DNA of 47,552 nucleotides from a virus (taxonomy: Duplodnaviria; Caudoviricetes), in the IMG/VR virus record IMGVR_UViG_3300043414_000911, positions 1 to 47,552 of that record; one strand, written 5' to 3'. Position 1 is the stretch's first letter, and the number at the start of each line of letters is the position of its first letter. Below the pieces are notes generated by a model. The model was given only the letters and a program-made list of their open reading frames with translations, did no database searches and had not been told where the DNA came from. Of the stretch, positions 7,812 to 18,200 are shown in pieces. The translations under genes and the position numbers were made by a program.

Positions 7812-8477
7812 TTAACTAAACAAGAAGTTTTCAGCAGGGGGTTGAGTATTCTGCGGAGTTCCTTGCGGTTCATCAGGCATTGGAAACGGATTAGGATTCT
7901 CTGTCTGGAACATCGTTGTCTTAGTCGATGTCGGCAACTTAAACTTTTGTTTCTCCAAGATCTTCCCAAGACCCATCGTGTCTCCTTTGAAGAGAGCCTG
8001 TTCAGCAGCTCTCCTCCGTGCAAGACCCTCAACCGGCTTTCCTCCGGCTTTATCCCACCGTGCAAACTCTTCGGTTGCTCCCGCTACATCCCCAGAGTTA
8101 AGCTTCTTAACCAATGTGCTTTTCTTAAAAGCGGTTGGTCCAATGTTGTAAGCCAAGCTAGCCAAGGCGCTGAATTGTTGGTCGTTCAACGGAACCTTAA
8201 CAGTATCCGAGACAACCGATCCGTATTTATTTGTAATCAGATCTGGCAATAATTTCTCAGCTGCTGGTTTATCCATAACAAAATTCTCATTCAGTCCTGG
8301 AATATCATTCTTTGTAAATCCATAACCCACGGTGAGCGTTCCTTTCTTACCACCTAAATCATAATAAGCATTCGGTTTAAATGATTCGAAAGTCTTCACA
8401 AGATCCAAACCTTCTTGGCTGATAGCATTCTTGCCTTCAGCTTTAGCATTGACCGCGTCAACAAATGAATCCGCCAT
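7812..8477 (-). CDS. GH24 (T4/P21-type) lysozyme, possibly virion-associated
   Basis: 'GLDLVKTFESF...AYYD......TVGYG', 'LNDQQFSALASLAYNIG', 'STLVKKLN', 'WDKAGGK..GL.RRR.AE..LF'. Confidence 0.92.
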   Translation of the reverse strand: MADSFVDAVNAKAEGKNAISQEGLDLVKTFESFKPNAYYDLGGKKGTLTVGYGFTKNDIPGLNENFVMDKPAAEKLLPDLITNKYGSVVSDTVKVPLNDQQFSALASLAYNIGPTAFKKSTLVKKLNSGDVAGATEEFARWDKAGGKPVEGLARRRAAEQALFKGDTMGLGKILEKQKFKLPTSTKTTMFQTENPNPFPMPDEPQGTPQNTQPPAENFLFS

Positions 8478-8478
8478 A

Positions 8479-8703
8479 TTATTTTTTCCTTCCTAAACCT
8501 TTCCAACTAATCCTCTCGGGTCCCGTCTTCTTTTTGGAAGCCGATGTACACATCGACTTAGTGGGACGGCAAGCGGGATAACTTCCCTTGCTGGAATCCG
8601 AACGACCACACGGTCCCCCGGTCTTGCAATTAATCCAGCCCTTGCCGTTGTTCCTGGAGAACCAACCACGTAAACCCTTCTTCTTTTCTAAATCAAAATT
8701 CAT
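8479..8703 (-). CDS. small basic Cys-rich phage protein
   Basis: 'GLRGWF......W.NCKTG.PCGR......YPACRP' conserved phage pattern. Confidence 0.75.
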   Translation of the reverse strand: MNFDLEKKKGLRGWFSRNNGKGWINCKTGGPCGRSDSSKGSYPACRPTKSMCTSASKKKTGPERISWKGLGRKK

Positions 8704-8848
8704 GTTTGTCCTTCATTGCATCTTCTGCACTTTGCAGAGTTGGTTCGGTTGAGTTCCAGTTAGACCAACCCTTCTCCTCCTCAAAGTCCCAGCATCCCGA
8801 CATCCCTAACGCAATGGCTGGTATAAGGATCAACCACCACCACTTCAT
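8693..8848 (-). CDS. 51-aa putative lipoprotein (not in ORF track)
   Basis: MKWWWLILIPAIALGMSG-C...; hydrophobic signal with lipobox-like MSGC; ATGA overlap with upstream gene. Confidence 0.6.
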   Translation of the reverse strand: MKWWWLILIPAIALGMSGCWDFEEEKGWSNWNSTEPTLQSAEDAMKDKHEF

Positions 8849-8991
8849 TTAGAATTCCCCCAGTTCTTTGCCCCAGCCTTACGGCATTGAACCAACGCCC
8901 CGCTTGCATAAGCCGAAGGCCACACTTTATAGCGAGCCTTGACCTTGGCGGTGCAAGCGTCTTTCGATTTAGTTTTCCTACCTAAAGGCAT
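8845..8991 (-). CDS. 48-aa basic protein ('KDAC..KVK.RY.VWPSAYASG' family; not in ORF track)
   Basis: MPLGRKTKSKDACTAKVKARYKVWPSAYASGALVQCRKAGAKNWGNSK; AGGAG upstream. Confidence 0.8.
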   Translation of the reverse strand: MPLGRKTKSKDACTAKVKARYKVWPSAYASGALVQCRKAGAKNWGNSK

Positions 8992-9061
8992 ACTCTCTTA
9001 TCTCCTACAAAAAGGCTGGACAGTCCAGTCCCAAACCCCTAACAAGAAAGGTATATTGACC

Positions 9062-9280
9062 ATGAGAAAGAAAAGAAAAGAACCAGCAGATGTCGCCTTC
9101 GTTGGCGATGCGTTAAAAGAAAGTATCACGGAGCTTCCAACGATGCTCAAAGAAGAGTTTGGTGACTCTGGCTTTTGGCTTGGTTTGGGAGTCTTCATCT
9201 TGATTCCTACTATCTATTACGTCGGTACTGCTGCCGTATTACAAGGTATTCCAACGTTGATCTGGCGGGCTATCTTTTAG
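9062..9280 (+). CDS. small membrane protein on the strand opposite the late operon
   Basis: AGAAAGG RBS before ATG 9062; hydrophobic C-terminal half (FWLGLGVFILIPTIYYVGTAAVL..IPTLIW). Confidence 0.7.
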   Translation: MRKKRKEPADVAFVGDALKESITELPTMLKEEFGDSGFWLGLGVFILIPTIYYVGTAAVLQGIPTLIWRAIF

Positions 9281-12200
9281 CCCGTATCTCTGCTTCCAGC
9301 CTTGTCTTTGCGTAGTCGTTAGCCTTGGTAGCAAGATCATTAAGCTGCTTCTGGGCCAACTCTTTGTTCACCTTGGCTAGCCCTGCCAAAGTCTTGGCTT
9401 GCGAGACGGTCAAGGCTCGGCCCATATACTCAGCGTTATACTTCGAGAACTTGTAGAACTCCTCGCCACCTTGTAGCTTTCTCTTCTCGGCTACTCCATT
9501 TCTAAACACCGTGATCTTAGAGGCTGCGCTTATTCCAGGAATGACCAATCCCTCTTGGATCAAGGGGGTAATAACGGGATGAGGTTTAACGTCAGGAACA
9601 AACCCAAATCGTTTTGTAGTAGCCGACCATGGGTAGTTCCTGACTTCGTCCCCTAAACGATTAAGCATGGGCGCCCCTGTATATACAGCAATCGGAGTTT
9701 GTCCAATCAACCAACCGAACAAGGTTGCGTTCTGAGCTTTTGAATCTACAACTTTAATCTTTCCGTCCGCAGAAATAGGAACTGTCTGCGATAACCAGCG
9801 AGCAATACCTGGATTTAGGTATGCTCCAGTGTAACTACTCAAAAGTCTCTTTGCTCTATCCGTCGCACTTCCTCTATCACTTACTGCATCAAACAGGGTT
9901 TTAGCTCCCGACAACAAGTTCTTATCGACAACTGAGTTGGCAACCGACAAAGCAGAAGTAAACAAGATATTGTCCCATGTTGCTTCGTCGAGATCCTCGT
10001 ATCGATAAGCATCTGAAACCATAGCCAAGGCCCCAAAGAGAAGGTTCAAGCCTGGGAAATCCGTATGCTTGAATCGGATAGCACCAATCTTTACGGTGTT
10101 CTCTGTCCACCCAGTAGCTCGAAGCTGTTCCCTCTTATTCCTATCGGAAGGCCCACGCCCCGTCACCGCAAAGAAAGCCTCGTCCCAATCCTTATCCATA
10201 TCCTTCATCGCAAGACCGATGATTGACGCCATCACAATCGATCCGTAAAGAGCCTTGCTCCTTAGCTGGTAGTACTCGACACTTCCCTTTTCAGGCTTGC
10301 TGTACTTGTAAGAGGAATCTCGGATAGCCCCGGAGAGATTCCCGATTGATACTCCATTCGCCCTCAACCAACCGTAAGGAGTGTAGTCGATAGCAGAGTT
10401 AACAATATTTGCGATTGTTCTTGGGAACGCGGCAAAGGGAGTAAGGATCGGAACTTTTCCAGCGATGTTGCCGATAACTGCATCCATCAAATAACCGATC
10501 GAGCCTTTAGGTTGTCCGTTGAATGTGGCCTTTTGTGCGAACTCCCGCATCTTTGTAATCCCATCTTGCCCAATACCCGCTTGATCAACCACGTACCTTT
10601 CTCGAAGCTGGTTGAATCGCCGGCTCTTGCCAGCCTCTATCTTCCTCTTCTGGCTCTTATACTCCTTACTGTCAGGTGCAAGACCTGCCAATGTTCCAAA
10701 CTGTCCGAGCAACTCTTCATCATTGACCTGCTTCTGGATGGCCTGCATCCCAGCACTTGTCTTGCTGAAGATCTCATCTGCTTTTTGAGTAGCTTGTTCC
10801 GCTGTCAAACCCTGCTTCAACATGACATAGCGGGCTTCCATCCTGGCCTTAGCTTCGTTGGCGATAACAGAATTGTAAGTATCCGCAGCGGCCATAACCC
10901 GACCTACCAGTTTCCAAGCAGCAGCGTAGTTGTTAAAAGACCAAGGCTTATCTGGATCTTTATTTAATTTCTCCAGGGGATTGAGCTCAAGATTGTTTTC
11001 AGAACGGAATCGTGTCAGCCCGGTGGCCAAAGCGTTTCCAGCTTCCTGAACCCCCAGCCTACCAGCCGCTTCGACGTAGGCCATGTAAGCTTGGGCAAAG
11101 AAGTCTCCAAAGCTCGCCTTAATGCCTGCCCTCTTTGCTGCTTGGGCGTAAGCTTTGGCCTCCGAAGTTAACTCGAATAACACATTGATATGTGTTGCCC
11201 CTAAGTTGACCAACTGAGTAGGCGGACCCGATAGCACACCAGCTTTCCAAAGCGAGGCCAAAATATCCAAAACTTTTCCAACCTTTTCCCAACCCTTCCT
11301 CTGCTTGTCTAGCTCTTGTGAAATATAGGCGTTTAGTTCAATGGCCTTTGTAATCCTTTGATCGGAACTTTCTGGTAGCTGGCTGATTTGGTTGGCTCTG
11401 GCTACGATCTCTTTGGCTACAATCGGATCCCACTCAGGGATGTCGTATCGTTCAGCGATAGCATTATAAAATTTTTCTTGGCTGAAAGCCCCTAGGTTAA
11501 CCAGTTCCAAGAGCTGGCTGATTTTAGACTTCGGCATAGCTGTAGCCTTTTCTCCAATACGCCGAGTAATATTCTCAAGTTGCTTTTGCGCTCTCTCCTT
11601 AACCAAGGCGTTGTACCGAGCAGCCACAACCTTGGCCAACGCCACGACTTGTTCTTCCCGTAGGTTCGGGAACTTCTGGTTGATAAGTTGCTGGATCGAA
11701 TTCAGGGTAGCACCGCGTTGCATCATGTGCTTCCTTGATTCAGCCTTGAAGTCGATCGTGTTACGCAACAATGTGTCGATAGACTTTGTTGCATTGGCAT
11801 CAAACTTCTTCTCCAGCATAGCCTCGATATACGTCCGCCTCTCTTCTGACATCTTGCTTTCTTTACCACCCGCAACTAATTCGTTATCGGCACTTAGTTC
11901 GGCTTGTAGATTAGCTTGCACTTGATTGAAAACTTCTTCTGCCAAGGTTATCCTTTGTACAATATCAACTAACATCTCTTCCAAAGTTCGAGCATCCTCG
12001 GGGCTGACCTTCTTAGGATCGAGCTCCTGCTTCATCTGAGCATTCACAATCTTCCGGACTTGAGCTTCAAGTTGATCGAAAGATCCTTTCTCGGTCACTT
12101 TCTTATCTACCCCCAGAGAGCGAAGAACTCTCTTGGTAATTGTATCAGCAGCATACTTTGCAAGTCTCACGACTGGGGGAATGGCCGTCTCTTCCGCTCT

Positions 12201-15200
12201 CTTCGCTGCTTGGATCTCTTCTTCCATGGTCTTCTCAACAGCCTGTTGCTCAGCAGCAACGGTGTCGAAGAAATCAAATACACCTTGCAACGCATCGATC
12301 TTTTCCTGTTTGGCTGTAGGAGAAGCCTTGCGAATATCAAAATTGGTTTGTAGCTCCTCGTTGGTGGAAGTACCCACAGCTTGTACCCGAAGTTTAACTA
12401 ACTTGCTGAACAAGTTCGGATCAATCTTGGTCAATGCTCTGATCGCATCGATTGCAGACATCGCCTTGAGATCAGCCGGTAGCACCCGATCAACCCCACC
12501 TGGAGAAACGGAAGACGCTTTGATCCCCTCGAGCGACGCGATCAGATCATTGTACGAGATACCAATACGGCCAAGATAACCTAAAAAGTCTTCTCCTTCT
12601 GTTGGAGCCAAGTCCCCGAAGACCGATAACAACTTGTAGAAGTTCTCTCCTTCTGGGATAGCTTCGGTTGGTGGCCGTTGTCCAATTGAGATCCCGCCCT
12701 TTTCCCCTACATTGAAACTATCTTGTGCAGCTAGCCCCGAGATAGTTGCCTTCAACTTCTCGATCTCGGCCAAGAGTTGTTGGACTTCATCCTTTGATTC
12801 CAGAACTTCTTTCTGCTTTTCAAATATAGGATCGGTATACATCTTGGAAGATTTAAGTGGGTAGAGAAGATCGGCTCCGATATTCGCGCCACCTAAATCT
12901 CTTCCCGCTATGCTATATGCTTCAGCCAACTGCCCACCGATATACATAGCGTTATTAACCAAATAGTCTTTCAAAGCCGAACGTTCTGGAGAATCTCCCT
13001 TAGCTTTGATCTGGGCATCTAAGGCCAACGAACCATCCCGTAGTTTAGTTACAATGACGGCAAGGATAGCATTTCTTTCGTTGGTCTCGAGCCCCTTAGT
13101 CGAATCTAAAATGGATTTAGCCCGTACCAAATCTTCTGGGTCTCCAGTCGGAGCAACTCTTGTGACAAAGTCATTAGCTCTCTTCAGAGTATCTGCTCTG
13201 GTTTGTTTGACAATCTTCCGCTGGGAAAGTACGGCAGCCACGGCGGGATCAAGACCTTTGATGCCCCTGCGAAGGGCTTTGCTAGTGGTAAGGATATCAA
13301 TCGAAGAGGCAAGCGGAAGGATAGATCGATTCGGTGGCGGTTCGCCCACAATTCTGGGTGAGGCAGTTTGTACCTCGACAAGGTCGGAGACTGCTTGTAG
13401 AACCTCCGCCAAGATAAAACCTTTGGCTATATCTTTAGCTGGTTCATTAATATTTCCCGATATGAAAATAAACAATTCTTTTACAAACTGTTTTAGTTTA
13501 CCAAAAGCAGTTGTATTTCCTTCAACTTTAACCTTAGATAAAAAAGCTTGAAAGCCCGGGTTAGAAAAAGCTTGAGCCATGAATTCGTCGACATCCGATA
13601 ACTCATACGCGAATAACTGTTTTTCTTGTCTGCTCGCTGCATTGAGAACTGTGTCGTAAAGACCTCGTATATCTTCTATTTTGCCAAATATTTTAAGCAT
13701 CTGGTCTGGATTATACTGAGACACAAGATACTCAAATTCGGAAACCTTAAACTCCCCGTCTATTAGTTCTTCAAGAATCGTTGCTTTTTCTTTCCCTGGT
13801 CTCGTGAGAAGTTCGCCAAGTGGCACACCTTCTTTTTCACTTTTCGGCAGATCGATTCGATCTCTGGCAAATTCATATATACCATTGATCCTAGAAGTAG
13901 CCTTATGGATAAGCTCGTGGAGAACAGTTGCCCCTAAAGCGCTATTGAAATATAGAATTTTCTTTTTCTCTTGGTCAATGACCTGTTGTTTTGTTGGCTT
14001 ACCTACAAATTTAGATCTTGTTCCGAAATCATAAGAAGAGATTAGTAAATCTTTATTCAAAAAGATTTCATCTTCTTTCGCTTGGTAGAAAGCAAGGGTT
14101 TCTGATTTTAATCTAGAACGTTCTTTTGCCCCTATTTTCTTTTTATTATTTATTGAGTAATACTCGTCAATATTAGAGGCTGGCGAAATATCTGTCTTTC
14201 CAGACTTAAATACCCAATCCCATTTTGGATTATTTACGATGTATCTTGCTAGTGATTTGAGTGGTTCTTGTGCATTGAGAGATTCACTTGCGATGTTATT
14301 TACTATCTTTTTTAGATTTTTAGGCGCTACCAAATCATCGTATAGTTTTGTTACCATCTCGATAGACGCAGGATCATTATTCAAACTGACAGAAGAAGCC
14401 AACTGTCTTCTAGGAGCGTAAAGTTCTTCCCGCTTAATGCCACCTTCGGCCAGGGCCTTGGCAAACTTTTGCTTGGCAGAGTCAATGGCACGGTAAAAAT
14501 CAGCAGGGTACAGAACCTTTCCTGGTTCGGAGTACTGTTCGAGAATGGAGTCGACCGTATCCGCCGTGTAACGTGGACGGCGTACGAGTTCACCCTCTTC
14601 GTTCTCGCTCTCAGGAACCAAGGAGTAGGCCAAAGCATCTGCCTCAAATGATGTGAGGTTGGCTTTCTCCATCAACTTTTGAACCTCCGCCCGTTGAGCC
14701 ATCTCGGCAGGGTCAAGTACGATCGCTGTCTGCCTAGCCAAGTTACCAGACTCGATGTCGTCAGCCGTCCCATCTTGAGCAGTCGACTCACCGGTCAGAT
14801 CTGTATCGCCAAAAGTCTTTCCAAGTCTGGTCTCTGGAACTTCTTTAGTGCCCACCCGTTCCGCTTTTCGAACTTCTTTCTCTAATCCCTTTGCGGTTTC
14901 TTCCGGGGTCACGCCCTTTCTCTCGCCTCTCGCCCTACGGGTCTTAACTTTTTCCTCACCAGTTTTTTTAAGGGTTTCTAAAGATACCTCATCGGAGGTC
15001 TTAGCCGTTGCTTTTAACTTGTCGTACTCATCCGAAAGAACCTTCAGGTCAAAAGGTGTGGTGGCAAACTCATCGTTAAAGCTCACAAACTCAGGCCCTG
15101 CTTCTATCTTTCTCAGCTCATCAATAATTTTTCTGGAAGCAAACTTAAATACTCGGGTAGATGGTTTGGCGCCTTTGGTAGCGTCGTAACCAGTAGCTGC

Positions 15201-18200
15201 TGATGCGAGGGATTCCAGAACAGCCTGTTCAACAACATCAGCATTTACCTGACCCTTGAAAGCTCTCGCCAAACCACCGACTACTAACCTTCGGATCAAA
15301 CCGTCTGGTCCCATTCCCTGTGCCAACTCTGCCATGACTTCCTGATCAATTTCTGCATTGAGTTTGTTATCGACATCCAACTCGTCCAACTCCTGCAAGG
15401 TCAAAGCAGAAGCTAAGTCTTTTCTTGGGATGATTACGTTGGTCTCGTTGCCCGCAGCAATCTTTTCATTTGTTGGGGCATTGGCCAGCAAACTTACAAT
15501 CGCGTCGCTTCGATCGTCGATGAAAGATTTTCTAGTACTCGCCTTGGTTCCCTTACCGATTAACTTGAGGAACCTATCCCGCAAAGCGGCCAACGTACGG
15601 AGGATTGGCCGAGTAGTATACTTCTTAACTTGATCTTCGGTAATCTGTCCGCTTTCCCGTCTTTGTGTAATCGCTCGTAAGTACTCTTCCCCTAGGCGTC
15701 CTGGCCTCCCGACATTAAACTCCGACACAATCTGTTCTTTGGTTTTTCCTTCGAAAGAGATCCCTAAAGAGTCGGCGTAAGAAGACAGAACATCCTTGAT
15801 TTGTTCAATCGTCAGGCTGTCTTCTATCTCTTTATTGTTAGCATCGTAAAACTTCTCGTAAGCTTCCTGTGTAATCTCTGCCGGATTAGTCGCCTTGAAA
15901 GCATCATACATCGCCCTCCCGTCAGTCATGTGAATGATTTCTTCCTGTAACATCTTCACAAAGAAATCTGCTGGGTCAACAGCAGCGTTCGACATCAAAG
16001 CTTTAAATAGTTTAGACGGGTCAACAAACAATGTATCCAAGCTTGTAAGATTTCTTGGGTCGGCGTACACACCAGAACCACCCCGCTCTTTAATAAAGAC
16101 AACCTTATTGAGAACCTTTTTAGCAAAATCGCTCGCAAGCTTTTCCCGACCTTTACCTGCTGTACTTTTCTTTATGAGATCATTACGGGCATTGGACAAC
16201 CCAAGAGTAATGATACGCATCAAAGCTTGGAGGCGTTGGCGTACAAGAGGGGTGATCTCGGTTCCTTTGAAGTACTCTTGAACGGACGCCTCGTCCAAGG
16301 TCATGTCGAGCAATTCAGCAGCTAGATCATCAAACGATTTCTGGAGATCGGCCTGTGCCTTATTTAATCCCTCTTCCGGGGAGACGTTTGTTGAGGCTGG
16401 TTTAACCTTTGCAGATGCCACAGGTTTACTAGCTTTTCTAGGCGTTGGCTGTGGCGGTGTAGCTCCGGGCTGTCCGGCGGGAGTTTGCGTAACTTCGACA
16501 CCTTTGGCTTTTTCTTTTTCAACTCTTGGTTTTCTCTTTCTCGCGGCAACAATTTCTTTTGCCTGAACCCTATCTAATCCCGCGATGTCCGCTGGTAAAT
16601 ACCCCAGTCGAGCTAGAGCTTGTGCTTGGGTTTTGGTCAGAGGGAGTTTCTTAGTTGCTGGTGCTGCGGTGGTAGGAGCTGGGGCAGTCTGCTCTCTTTT
16701 CGCTAGCTCAGATTCAAAGATTTCTGAAGCGTCCCTATCGAGTTTAGAGAGAGAATTAGCTTTGCCCTTGAACAATCTCCTTAGAGTTAGTTTCTCTTTT
16801 TGTGTTTTAGCTTTGTCTAGTTCGGCCAACCACCCTTTAGCTACCTCCGCCGAGGAACTTGCTTTAGTTGCTGGTGCTGGGGTGGCACCAGAGATTGGGA
16901 GGACTGGAGCGGGAGCTGGGGCTGCTGTAGGTTTTTTCGGGGCAACCTGCTGTTCCTGCTGATCGATAACCGAGAAAATCTGTGATTCGATTTGGTTCTG
17001 CTTGTCGTAGAAATCGCCTTCGTAGTACTTAGCCGCGTCTTCAGCTTCTTGCTGAGTATAACCCCCCTGAACATATTGATTGATCAAAGCCTTTCGCGCC
17101 TCTTCCGTTACACTCTTCCCCGTAAACGTAGAAGTTGGTGAAGTAGAGATGTTATTGGAAGCTAGAAAATCTGTAACCACTTTAGTGATTCCCGAGACAT
17201 TTAAAGTTGGGTTGAGACTTACAATCAGATTGGCGAGACGACCATAAGTATCCGGGTGAAGGTCAATCTGTATCATCCCCTTGATTGCTCGAGCTACTAA
17301 ACGAGCAATAGATTTTTGCGATTGCGAGAGGGGGATAGAAACTTGAGAAGTTTTAGGGGTTTTGACTTCACGAACAACTCCGACCTTATCCTTTGGAGCT
17401 TCCTCTAAAGGTGCTGTCGCTGGCGTATCGGCCTTGGGTGCTTCAACGGCTGGGGCTGGAGCTTCAACAATAGGAGTAGGAACAGGGGCTGGGGCTGGCA
17501 CTTCTGTTTTTGCTGCCTTAGACTCTTCCGCAACAACCGTGGCAGTAGCTGGGGCAGTTTCAGTCAGGGTTTTGGCCGAGGCTGGGGAAATTTGTTGAGG
17601 TGTGGAAACCCCGACTACAGGAGGAGTCGGTTCTTCAAAAACTTTCTTCGCCTCTTCTTCAGCTTGAGCCACAGTTGGCTCTGCTGTAGGGGCTGTGACA
17701 GTCGTAGGCTCCACCCCAAGAGCAACTTGTTCAACTGGTACTGGCGTAGGGGCTGGGGCACCTTGAGCTTCGGGTGCTATCTGCGTACGAGCTGTATTGA
17801 AAGCCTGTTGAACGTTCGCTTTCTCTTGGTCAGACAAAGTATCGTATGTTCCTTGACCCTCGGAGAGAATTGCATTGTCTGCCAACCCGAGAACTTTGGC
17901 CTTTTGCGATAGGTTGAGTACGTCGTAGAACTGAGAGGCAACAACATTCGACAAAGGCTGAGACAAAAGCTTGGTCAACTCCCCCTGCCTAAGGTCTTGG
18001 ATGGACTGTCTGTTTACTTCGTCAGCCGTAGCAGGAGAATTGTTCCTATTCAGGTTTTCAATTACCAGCCCGCCAGCTTCCACCGCAGACATAGGTAATC
18101 CAACGGCTAACTCTTCGGCTACCTCGTTCCATCTTATATTTCCAGACTTCCCACCCGCTACTTCAGCTTTCTGAGCAGCGATTTCGCTGACAGGTTCGCC

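Noticed and set aside
7811-8065. Upstream extension of the 185-aa ORF 7508..8065
   Set aside because: Lies inside the lysozyme gene in another frame; conserved motifs start at MPLG (7810).
10512-18174. Many + strand ORFs within the giant gene
   Set aside because: Low-complexity antisense translations (Ser/Leu/Ala/Val rich) expected from codon bias.
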